In this document: positions 26,122-34,272 of the stretch, in pieces
How the letters are laid out: each line of letters starts with the position of its first letter
Position numbering within the stretch: position 1 is the stretch's first letter
Assembly: GCA_015523565.1 (NCBI GenBank)
Contig: WAKA01000037.1
Location: forward strand, 1-34,272
Origin: Candidatus Heimdallarchaeota archaeon
GTDB taxonomy: Archaea; Asgardarchaeota; Heimdallarchaeia; Heimdallarchaeales; Kariarchaeaceae
DNA: 34,272 bases
Direction of reading: 5' to 3'
Program-made: the position numbers and the translations under genes
Notes under the pieces: generated by a model
Seen by the model: the letters and a program-made list of their open reading frames with translations, nothing else
What the model was told of the DNA's origin: nothing
Database searches by the model: none

Positions 26122-27258
26122 ATGGACTTCAATCTTTCAGAAGATGAAAAACTTATACAGGAAACAATCAAGGATCTTGCCTCGTCAAAATTTGCCGCAA
26201 GGGCTGATAAAATAGATAAGGAATCTCTCTTCCCTGAAGAGAACATAAAAGAATTGGCTGAACTTGGGATGCTCGGCACAATTCTTGACCCTGAATATGG
26301 TGGTGCTGGTGCATCTACAATTACCTATTCTGTTGTTCTTGAAGAAATTGCAAAGGCTTGTGCATCCACAAGTGTCATCACTTCTGTCACAACAATGGTG
26401 GGATTGGCAATCCAACGAGAAGGGACTGAGGAACAAAAAGAGAAATGGGTGACAAAAATCGCAACAGGTGAAACACTGGGTTCTTTTTGCTTGACTGAAC
26501 CAACCGCAGGCAGTGATGCGGGAAGTCTAAAGACAACCGCAACAATTGAAGGAGATGAGGTAGTTATCAATGGACAAAAACTATGGATAACCAATGCCGC
26601 ACATGCAGGAATATTCTTGGTGATGGCAAATGAAAACCCCTCATTGGGGCATAAGGGAATTAGCGCTTTTGTCGTTGAAAAAGATACCCCTGGTCTACAG
26701 GTTGGGGCTCCTGAAAAGAAAATGGGCTTGAATGGGAGCCATACCTGCGCAGTCTTTTTTGATAATGTCCGCATTCCTTTGGAAAACAGGATAGGTGATC
26801 CAGGCAAAGGATTTTCCATTGCCTTGAAATCCTTGGACACTGGGAGAATTGGTATTGCTTCACAAGCCCTTGGCATCGGTCAAGCCGCATTTGAAGCTTC
26901 TGTCAACTATGCCAAGGAACGAGAACAGTTTGGAAAGCCAATCCATAAATTCCAAGCTGTCTCTTTCAGGATCGCAGAAATGAAGATGAAGCTTGAAGCC
27001 GCCCAGCTATTGACACGAAAAGCGGCATGGATGAGGGACAAGGGGATGAAACATACAATGGAAAGCAGTATGGCCAAGGCTTTTGCAACCGAAGTGGCAA
27101 GTGAAGTTACACAAAATGCAATCAAGACATTCGGTGGAATGGGCTTCTCTAAAGAATTACCAATTGAACGTTATCACAGGGATATTCAAGCTACGTTGCT
27201 TTATGAGGGTACCAATGATATCCAACGTCTTGTCATTGCCAAAAACCTGTTTGCATGA
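26122..27258 (+). CDS. Acyl-CoA dehydrogenase (short/branched-chain type)
   Basis: FCLTEP.AGSD, NGQKLWITN, GRIGIA.QA.G, R.QFGKPI..FQ and YEGTNDIQ (catalytic Glu). ATG 26122 (MDFNLS). Confidence 0.96.
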   Translation: MDFNLSEDEKLIQETIKDLASSKFAARADKIDKESLFPEENIKELAELGMLGTILDPEYGGAGASTITYSVVLEEIAKACASTSVITSVTTMVGLAIQREGTEEQKEKWVTKIATGETLGSFCLTEPTAGSDAGSLKTTATIEGDEVVINGQKLWITNAAHAGIFLVMANENPSLGHKGISAFVVEKDTPGLQVGAPEKKMGLNGSHTCAVFFDNVRIPLENRIGDPGKGFSIALKSLDTGRIGIASQALGIGQAAFEASVNYAKEREQFGKPIHKFQAVSFRIAEMKMKLEAAQLLTRKAAWMRDKGMKHTMESSMAKAFATEVASEVTQNAIKTFGGMGFSKELPIERYHRDIQATLLYEGTNDIQRLVIAKNLFA

Positions 27259-27403
27259 ATACTTTCGGTTCTCCGCTGAAGGATTTATCAAAAAAAACAA
27301 GTTTTTTCCCATTTATAGCTCTGCTTTTCACTATGTGCTCCCTTTTTACTTTCGATTCACTCTCTCCGTCTCCCTCAAATAATTTCTCTCAGTACTTTAT
27401 TTA

Positions 27404-28693
27404 ATGAAAATTAAACTGTTCTGGACATCCCAACAAAATAAAAACAATGCAATTTTAAATGACATTTTTGATAGCCACCATTTTTTCCAAGAAACATCAT
27501 TTCCCACGCACTTTGAAAACCTAGCATCTCTTCTCAAACTAATGGATTTTGATGCCTCCCTATTGGAAAATCCATACGAATTCAAAAGACAGAAAGAATC
27601 TCCCTCTCTTTTTTCAATCATTGGATACCAAAGCAACACCACAATTTATAATGATGTTGTGGAAATCTCCAAGAACTTGCTGAAAAAACATGATAGCTCT
27701 CTTATTCACTATTCCTTGGCAAGGCTTCTAATTACGGAAAATGAGAATGAGATTTCTTTTATCATGAATTTTTTATACGAGGTCAATCCTAAGACATCAG
27801 TTCGTGGAATCTTTGAACTTATGGGGATTTATGTTGACTTGATCATAATTCTCTTGGAATCCAAGTCGCTATTCTCAGAATGGAAAAAAAATGAACTTAA
27901 ACTGGATATGTATCAAGACCTGTTGGAAAGTTATGATGGCAAAACAAATGCTGAGCTAATTCTTGCCCTTTGTCGACGAATCGAAATGCTTTCTTTTTAT
28001 TTCCTCAATGATTTTATGCCATTCCTGATTGAAAATCCAGTGGAAATGGTTGAGGAAATTTTGTTGACGACAAGTGAATTGTTTCACCTAGTTTTCCACA
28101 AGGATATCCCCCGTACTTTCAATTTTCAATTCTCACTTACCAATATCATCATTCAAATTGCAAATCTTTTGGAGCCATTTGAGTTGGGTTACTTTTCACA
28201 ATCCCTTAGATTTGAACTAGCTGATGAATTGACAAATTACCTTGCTGGGCTTGTTGAAAATTATGGAAAGAATAAACAGGATCCTGTCAATCTTGCTGAT
28301 ATCCTTATGCCATTTGACCATGCTCTCAAATTCAATCTTGCAATACGCAACTCAAAAGATTTCCTGAATGACATTTTTGCAAACAAAAAAACAATTGTTG
28401 AAATGCTTGTTGACTTGACAATACAGTCTGGAATCTGGTTCCACCCTGATTTCTTCTTACTCAAAGCAGGTAAGGAACTGCTATCGCGTTTCGATGAGAT
28501 AATTGGGTATCTTTTCTCATATGACGAACTGGATCAATTCAGAATAAGGGAAACTATTGCCATGAAACTGTTTGAAAGAGAGTTTCCACTGTCAATCAAA
28601 CTTAAGGACACTCTGATTATGACTGCAAACCAAATCAATCTTCCACTCTCTCTTTCTGATACATTAGAAACAATTCTCAGATATTCTATGTAA
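27404..28693 (+). CDS. Hypothetical Leu-rich alpha-helical protein
   Basis: 429-aa ORF with amphipathic helical pattern, no family recognised. Confidence 0.75.
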   Translation: MKIKLFWTSQQNKNNAILNDIFDSHHFFQETSFPTHFENLASLLKLMDFDASLLENPYEFKRQKESPSLFSIIGYQSNTTIYNDVVEISKNLLKKHDSSLIHYSLARLLITENENEISFIMNFLYEVNPKTSVRGIFELMGIYVDLIIILLESKSLFSEWKKNELKLDMYQDLLESYDGKTNAELILALCRRIEMLSFYFLNDFMPFLIENPVEMVEEILLTTSELFHLVFHKDIPRTFNFQFSLTNIIIQIANLLEPFELGYFSQSLRFELADELTNYLAGLVENYGKNKQDPVNLADILMPFDHALKFNLAIRNSKDFLNDIFANKKTIVEMLVDLTIQSGIWFHPDFFLLKAGKELLSRFDEIIGYLFSYDELDQFRIRETIAMKLFEREFPLSIKLKDTLIMTANQINLPLSLSDTLETILRYSM

Positions 28694-28766
28694 AAAATAA
28701 ATTAAGGGATTTTTTTTATAGTCTTTAATCAATTAAATTAAATAGAGTCATGTTGCACCAAAAATA

Positions 28767-29720
28767 ATGGCAATGCATTCTACAACGGCACAATCCTTGT
28801 TGGAAAACAAACCCACATACCAACACTATTTGGCTATTATGAAACCTCGGGTCGTTTTTCTTCTCGTACTTTCCAGTCTCGCAGGATATTTTACCGCTGT
28901 TCCTCTTGTTGGTGAAATAAATTGGTTAGACCTGATTGTCCTGATTTTTGCAGGGTATTTTTCTTCTGGAGGAGCTAATGCCGTTAATTCATGGTTTGAT
29001 CGTGACATAGACAAAATAATGTATCGAACGAAAAAACGCCCTATCCCTGAGGGATTGATCCCCCCCTGGGCTGGATTGCTTTGGGCTCTAGTTTCCATTT
29101 CTTTTGGTGTCTCATTGGCTTACTTTTTGTTAAATCCCCTTTCCGCCCTCATGATGTTTATTGGTGCAATTTGGTATGCGGTATTTTATACAATGATCCT
29201 GAAAAGAAATACTCGATGGAATATTATTTTTGGTGGTATCGCTGGGACTTTTCCTGTATATGCAGGATGGGCCGCGGCTATCAATGATCTGAACTATGTG
29301 TTCCCTTGGCTCATTGGAATTGCTGTTTGGATCTGGATTCCTCTGCACTTTTGGAGCCTTGCTATTCGTTTCAGAAAAGAATATGCAGAGGTGAATGTTC
29401 CAATGCTTCCCGTTGTTATTGGGGTCAAGTCAACCCTTCCCTATATTTCCATTTCTGGTCTATTATTGACTCTTGTGGCACTCCTTATTGCCTTTTCCAG
29501 CCTGACAGGATATGTGTATGTAATTGGAATTTTACCCCTCAGCTATTGGATGGCAAAAAAAACGTGGCAAACAATTAAAACCCCAACAGAGCAGAATTCT
29601 TGGACTTTATTCAAAATTTCAAACCTGTATCTTGTTATGGTTGATTTCTTGCTAATCCTCGATTCTATGGTCAACTACTTCTTTAAATTAGAACCATTTG
29701 GCATAAATGCCTTGGTATAA
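28767..29720 (+). CDS. ctaB: Heme o synthase (protoheme IX farnesyltransferase)
   Basis: KPRV, N..FDRDID..M.RT..RP.P.G, YT..LKR and W.P.HFW.LA.....EY....PMLP. Confidence 0.96.
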   Translation: MAMHSTTAQSLLENKPTYQHYLAIMKPRVVFLLVLSSLAGYFTAVPLVGEINWLDLIVLIFAGYFSSGGANAVNSWFDRDIDKIMYRTKKRPIPEGLIPPWAGLLWALVSISFGVSLAYFLLNPLSALMMFIGAIWYAVFYTMILKRNTRWNIIFGGIAGTFPVYAGWAAAINDLNYVFPWLIGIAVWIWIPLHFWSLAIRFRKEYAEVNVPMLPVVIGVKSTLPYISISGLLLTLVALLIAFSSLTGYVYVIGILPLSYWMAKKTWQTIKTPTEQNSWTLFKISNLYLVMVDFLLILDSMVNYFFKLEPFGINALV

Positions 29721-29881
29721 TAATGCCTGTTTACTTGTTTTCAATTCACTAAAATTTACTTGACATTTTATAGAATTTCTCTGTACATCCTGTTTTTAGA
29801 AATTAATACTGCAAATTTCTTTATGAAATTACAGTAATTATGCCAATATGTTTATAATTAATTAATTGATTTTCAGTTTAG

Positions 29882-30568
29882 GTGAACAAATTGAGGCGAA
29901 AATCATTATTATTTGTCCTTGGCTTTTTAGCGCTTATAAATGGGTTATATTCCTCAATTGCCGCACCAAATGACTACCGTGAGAAATATGATGAAATTTT
30001 TAAGATTCAACTAATCTTGTCTGTTATTATCATCATTATGGTACTTGTCATGGCAATTGTTTTACTTAGGAAATATAAATCCAATGAAGCTATATCTCCC
30101 AAGGAAATAAAGGTTTTTCACAATAACAAGCTTGAGATAGGATGGACATTGGTCGCAACTGTTTTGGTTCTTTATCTCTTTTTCATTAGCTTGCCTCCTA
30201 CCGAAAATTTTGCGGCTGCAAATAACAAACAGGCAGATGTGACAATATCCGTCATTGGACACCAATTTTATTGGGAATTTGCGATTGAAGGTGTGGTGAA
30301 TTCTTCATTTACCTCTCTGAATTTCACAACTGGTGAAATAATCCCGTTAGTTTTATTTCAAAATACAACATATCTGCTCAAAGTTACTTCTGCCGATGTG
30401 ATACATAGTTTTTTTGTACCTGAACTTGGTTTCAAAGTAGATGCTGTTCCTGGTCATTATAATTATGTCTACTTAGAAAATATCCAAAAAGGCGAATACA
30501 GGGTAACTTGTGCAGAATATTGTGGTGTAAACCATTACAATATGCCTGGTCTTATTAAGGTGGTATAA
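29882..30568 (+). CDS. coxB: Cytochrome c oxidase subunit II (CuA)
   Basis: LEI.WT, GHQFYW, S.DVIHSF.VP, K.DA.PG and CAEYCG.NH..M CuA motif. GTG start. Confidence 0.96.
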   Translation: MNKLRRKSLLFVLGFLALINGLYSSIAAPNDYREKYDEIFKIQLILSVIIIIMVLVMAIVLLRKYKSNEAISPKEIKVFHNNKLEIGWTLVATVLVLYLFFISLPPTENFAAANNKQADVTISVIGHQFYWEFAIEGVVNSSFTSLNFTTGEIIPLVLFQNTTYLLKVTSADVIHSFFVPELGFKVDAVPGHYNYVYLENIQKGEYRVTCAEYCGVNHYNMPGLIKVV

Positions 30569-30569
30569 T

Positions 30570-32138
30570 ATGGCAACAGAAAGAAAAACAACTTCTTATT
30601 GGTTTTTGGACTATAAAAAGTTCTTTGGAACTATTGATCATAAGCAAATCGGCATGCTTTACATGATGTTTTCTTTTGTAAATATCGTTTTTGCTGGTCT
30701 TCTTGCACTTATTATGAGGGCGGAACTATATAATCCTGGTAAAGATTTTGTTGAGTCCAGAGACTGGGCAGGGTATTTTACTGTCCATGGGACAGTTATG
30801 ATCTTTTTTGTGGTTATGGCAATGGGTGCTGGTCTTGGAAATTATTTAGTTCCAAAAATGATCGGTGCAAGAGACCTTTATTGGCCAAGGTGGAATAACA
30901 TAGCTTTCTGGATGCTTGTCCCTGCTTCATATTTTGTTTGGAGTAGTATGGCTCCGATTGGTTGGACTGCCTATCCCCCAAATGCAATAGTGCTTGGTGG
31001 TGATAAGGTCGATCGATGGTTGATTGGGTTGATTTTGGCTGGTACCTCCTCAGTTATCGGCGCCATTAATTTCTTATTAACTGTGATCTATCTGAGAAGA
31101 CCTGGGTTGACATGGAAAAAATTGGACTTATTCACTTGGTCTATTGTCTTTATGGCCTTTATTCAATTGGCGGCCACTCCTGTTATTACAATTGGTCTTG
31201 TCATGGAGTTTCTTGCCCGTTCATTGGGAGCCACATATTTTTCAACTAATGCAGGAAGCAGCCCTCTGTTTTGGCAGCATGTCTTTTGGAGTTATAGCCA
31301 TCCCGCAGTTTACATTATGATTTTACCTGCCATGGGTTTGACTTCCCTTATAATTTCGCGTTTTTCACAAACCGAGGTGTTTGGAAAGGTTTCAATGATA
31401 TTGTCTATGGCTGCAATTACACTTTTGGGTTTCATTGTTTGGGGTCACCATAATTTTACTGCTTCTCCAAACTCCCCTCCAGGGTGGTTCTTTACATTGA
31501 CTACTTTCCTGATTGCCATTCCCTCTGGAATAAAAACATTCAATTGGTTGCTGACAATGTATAAAGGCAAAATTGTCGTTGATGTCCCATTCCTTTTCGC
31601 AATTAGCTTTGTCTTGGGATTTGTCCTTGGTGGTGTCACTGGTGTCATGGTGAATACGATCCCACTAGACCTTGTATTTCATGATACTTACTTTGTTGTG
31701 GGTCACTTCCACTTCATAATTATTGGCGGTGCATTGTCAGCAGTTTCTGGTGCAATATATTTCATCTATTCTGATATGACAGGGAGGATGTACAATAGAA
31801 AACTTGCCTATGCCCATTACATCTTTTGGGTGATCGGATACATTCTCACTTTTGGATCCATGAATGTACTTGGGGCTTTGGGAATGCCTCGACGCTACTA
31901 TGACTATTCTGTTCTCTCAATACTTCCAAATTATGATATGATTGTTCTTTTCAATAGAATTGCAACTATTGGTGCATTTATGCAGGGTATTGCATTCACC
32001 ATTTTCGTCTTCAATTTCATTTATAGTGCATTCAAGGGTGAACTTGCTGATGAAAAACCCTACAATATTGCAATTCCAAGACTTTGGATGACTGATGAGG
32101 AATGGGAACAATTGGAGAATATGGAGGTAATGCACTGA
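30570..32138 (+). CDS. coxA: Cytochrome c oxidase subunit I (heme-copper oxidase, A2-type motif)
   Basis: DHK.IG, HG..M, GWT.YPP, YSHPAVY, WGHH, HDTYFVVGHFH and GMPRRY. Confidence 0.97.
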   Translation: MATERKTTSYWFLDYKKFFGTIDHKQIGMLYMMFSFVNIVFAGLLALIMRAELYNPGKDFVESRDWAGYFTVHGTVMIFFVVMAMGAGLGNYLVPKMIGARDLYWPRWNNIAFWMLVPASYFVWSSMAPIGWTAYPPNAIVLGGDKVDRWLIGLILAGTSSVIGAINFLLTVIYLRRPGLTWKKLDLFTWSIVFMAFIQLAATPVITIGLVMEFLARSLGATYFSTNAGSSPLFWQHVFWSYSHPAVYIMILPAMGLTSLIISRFSQTEVFGKVSMILSMAAITLLGFIVWGHHNFTASPNSPPGWFFTLTTFLIAIPSGIKTFNWLLTMYKGKIVVDVPFLFAISFVLGFVLGGVTGVMVNTIPLDLVFHDTYFVVGHFHFIIIGGALSAVSGAIYFIYSDMTGRMYNRKLAYAHYIFWVIGYILTFGSMNVLGALGMPRRYYDYSVLSILPNYDMIVLFNRIATIGAFMQGIAFTIFVFNFIYSAFKGELADEKPYNIAIPRLWMTDEEWEQLENMEVMH

Positions 32139-33025
32139 TGGAAGAAGAACATGAACACGTAAGTGGCATGGCACCTATCGTGGGTCTTTCATTCGCAGTA
32201 ACTGGTTTTGGATTGCTTGAATTCTCCCAAGGAAATTATGCAATGGCTTTTCTCCTTGTTGGAATTTTCTTGGCTGTTGTTGTTGGGTCTGTTGTCAAGG
32301 AAATTAAAAAACGCAGTGAGACAGTTGAAGCCCATGAGGATGAAGAAGTCCCCATTCAATTCAAAAAAGACCCTATCTTTGGGTTTATGGGGAAGAAACT
32401 ATGGATCTGGATATTTCTTATCTCTGAAGTCATTTTCTTTACCCTTATAATTGGGCTTTCCTTCTCTCTTAGGCTTGTGGTAGACGAGGGATTGGGATAC
32501 CGGGAAATTGCAAAGTTTTGTGGTCTTCCAACAGATTCCAATTTGTTTGGGCTTTATCCTGCTGGATGGGTTGATCAGGAGGGTCGAGCACCTCATGAAG
32601 TGCTTGACATTCCCTTGACTACCCTGAACACCTTTGTCCTGATCACAAGTAGTTATACAATGGTTAAGGCCCATGAAGCTGCTGAAAAAGGTGATTTCCT
32701 TGGAAAATGGGGCGCAAGGAATTATCTGCTCATGACAGCTGGAATTGGTGCAACATTCCTCAGTATCCAAGTTTTCGAATATGTATCACTAATAATCAAC
32801 GAAAACTTTACTGTGCAAAGTGGCTTGTTTGGTGCAACATTCTACTTGCAAACTGGATTTCATGGTATGCACGTTTTGGGCGGTATCATCATGATCCTCT
32901 TTATGGTTTATAAAATTCAATCTGGTGCAATGAAGGATTCCAGTGATGTTGAAATCACAGGGCTTTATTGGCACTTTATTGACGTGGTATGGATCATGCT
33001 GTTCACGCTCGTTTATTTGGTATAG
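32138..33025 (+). CDS. coxC: Cytochrome c oxidase subunit III
   Basis: W.FL.SE..FF, NT..L..SS, Q..EY, F...TGFHG.HV and LYWHF.D.VW. ATG overlaps the coxA stop (TGATG). Confidence 0.95.
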   Translation: MEEEHEHVSGMAPIVGLSFAVTGFGLLEFSQGNYAMAFLLVGIFLAVVVGSVVKEIKKRSETVEAHEDEEVPIQFKKDPIFGFMGKKLWIWIFLISEVIFFTLIIGLSFSLRLVVDEGLGYREIAKFCGLPTDSNLFGLYPAGWVDQEGRAPHEVLDIPLTTLNTFVLITSSYTMVKAHEAAEKGDFLGKWGARNYLLMTAGIGATFLSIQVFEYVSLIINENFTVQSGLFGATFYLQTGFHGMHVLGGIIMILFMVYKIQSGAMKDSSDVEITGLYWHFIDVVWIMLFTLVYLV

Positions 33026-33035
33026 GTGATGATTT

Positions 33036-33317
33036 ATGACAGAAGAAACTCATGAACACCCAAGCAGACCGTATTTCAAAGTACTTGTTATACTGGCCGT
33101 TTTGACAATTATTGAAGTGTCTGTTACATACACAGGCATTTCTGAAGCAATTCTTTTGTGGATACTTCTTAGTCTGGCCTTTGTCAAGGCTAATCTCGTC
33201 ATTGCATTCTATATGCATGTCAAGTACGAACCCAAGCCATGGTTGCTATACACCATTGTTTTTGTATTGCCTTTTGCATTGGCATTTCCCATGGCATTTT
33301 TCCCAACGGTTGGCTAA
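33036..33317 (+). CDS. coxD: Cytochrome c oxidase subunit IV family protein
   Basis: Y.KV...L..LT..E and LA..KA.LV...YMH.KYE, 3 TM, GGTGA SD. Confidence 0.9.
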   Translation: MTEETHEHPSRPYFKVLVILAVLTIIEVSVTYTGISEAILLWILLSLAFVKANLVIAFYMHVKYEPKPWLLYTIVFVLPFALAFPMAFFPTVG

Positions 33318-33637
33318 ATTTCCCTTATCATCTTTTTAATCGTATCCAATAAAAGCTTCTCATCTTCAGTAACAACATTGTCTTTTAATGCTTCATTCTC
33401 CAAGGATCTTATTAATTTGTCCTGTAGCCTTAATAATTTCGTATGTTCCTTTACTGTGACAATGCCGTCTTCCAAGGCTTCATCAACAAACTTTTGATAA
33501 TCCCTGATCCTTTCCCTTGCTTGAAGCAATAACTTGTCCTCATCCTCGGTAATCACACCGTCTTTCAATGCTTGCTCAAGCAACTTTTGATAAATCATCT
33601 CCATTTTTTCCGCTTTGCTTTTGATTTGTTCTGACAT
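33314..33637 (-). CDS. Small helical protein with three AL.DG.(I/V)T..E repeats (TerB/EF-hand-loop-like)
   Basis: ALKDGVITEDE, ALEDGIVTVKE and ALKDNVVTEDE. TATA-like TTTAAG lies ~25-30 nt upstream. Confidence 0.8.
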   Translation of the reverse strand: MSEQIKSKAEKMEMIYQKLLEQALKDGVITEDEDKLLLQARERIRDYQKFVDEALEDGIVTVKEHTKLLRLQDKLIRSLENEALKDNVVTEDEKLLLDTIKKMIREI

Positions 33638-33754
33638 CTAAATAAATAAGGGTTGGAGCTTCTTAAATGTTTCCAATTTTAGAAGGGTTGTTTTTATACT
33701 ACTCCTATCATCAGCAGATACTGATTTATATGTTCATATCCCTATGGGAATTGC

Positions 33755-34272
33755 ATGCTTGAAGGTATTTCCCAAATTGTTGAGCAACGGCAAGGGACAA
33801 TTGCAAATATACTTGCCCTATTAGGCAAACGTCCAGCTTCAAGCACATATGGTTTCTTTATTCTTGTCACCATTGTCTTGAATTCACTCAAGTTGTATTC
33901 CCCTGCGATTATTCTTCAGCATTTTTTTGTATTCATTGTTGTCCTTTCATTGGAACAGAAATGGCTCAAAAGTCTTCATCTTCCCCAAACCAAATTTCAA
34001 TTCTTCATTGTCCAGAGATATTGGAAATTTTTCTTTTTAGGGGGAATGGTTTATGGAGGGATCGTTGTCTTTCTGTTACCCACTTTGTTTTTTCTTCCCT
34101 TCGCTAATCCTTTTCCAATATCTTATCTGATATATTTTGTCTTTTCTTTTCTTCTTTCTCTTGCTTTTATCTCCCCTGGATTTTATAAGATCATGAACGA
34201 AACGTCCGAGGGTGTAAAACGCCTTATATCTTCATTTGAACAAGTCGCATCATTTACTGTCTACTTTTTTGC
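33755..34272 (+). CDS. Hypothetical membrane protein, 3'-truncated by the window edge
   Basis: Not in the ORF track. Manual translation MLEGISQIVEQRQGTIANILALLGKR... stays open to the window end with several Phe/Leu-rich segments. Confidence 0.6.
   Translation, partial: MLEGISQIVEQRQGTIANILALLGKRPASSTYGFFILVTIVLNSLKLYSPAIILQHFFVFIVVLSLEQKWLKSLHLPQTKFQFFIVQRYWKFFFLGGMVYGGIVVFLLPTLFFLPFANPFPISYLIYFVFSFLLSLAFISPGFYKIMNETSEGVKRLISSFEQVASFTVYFF

Noticed and set aside
27259-27403. Pyrimidine-rich intergenic region as a possible ncRNA or tRNA
   Set aside because: No cloverleaf, C/D boxes or strong stem. Consistent with ordinary U-rich terminator and promoter DNA.
29721-29881. TTGACA and short inverted repeats (AATTACAGTAATT; AGAAATT...AATTTCT) upstream of coxB
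   Set aside because: Expected by chance in very AT-rich DNA, and there is no convincing -10 at proper spacing.

Overview
Gene-dense archaeal chromosome segment with no rRNA, tRNA, CRISPR or recognisable mobile element. The archaeal assignment rests on the exosome genes rrp4/rrp41/rrp42, SBDS, eL43/L37Ae, Pcc1, single-domain Brix, prefoldin beta, TATA-like boxes about 25-30 nt upstream of starts and GGTGA/GGAG Shine-Dalgarno motifs. An Asgard/Heimdallarchaeia-like aerobic heterotroph is my inference and is not proven. Main content: peptide, amino-acid and acyl-CoA catabolism (CPBP protease, prolyl oligopeptidase, M20 peptidase, Lrp regulator plus Met/Cys gamma-lyase, crotonase, acyl-CoA dehydrogenase), Fpg glycosylase, AlaX, a split and partly inverted exosome superoperon, a surface GH114-like hydrolase, and heme o synthase plus an A2-type (YSHP) cytochrome c oxidase coxBACD cluster. 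Most unusual items: (1) Rrp41 carries a ~250-aa acidic disordered tail with short motifs, resembling a degradosome scaffold. (2) A 924-aa protein fuses a helical/beta region to an Hsp70-fold domain that has lost its catalytic residues. (3) A DUF998-like membrane protein ends in an exact RanBP2/NZF-pattern zinc finger. (4) Phased palindromic operator candidates lie between the Lrp and lyase genes. (5) Five of six convergent gene junctions have no intergenic DNA.
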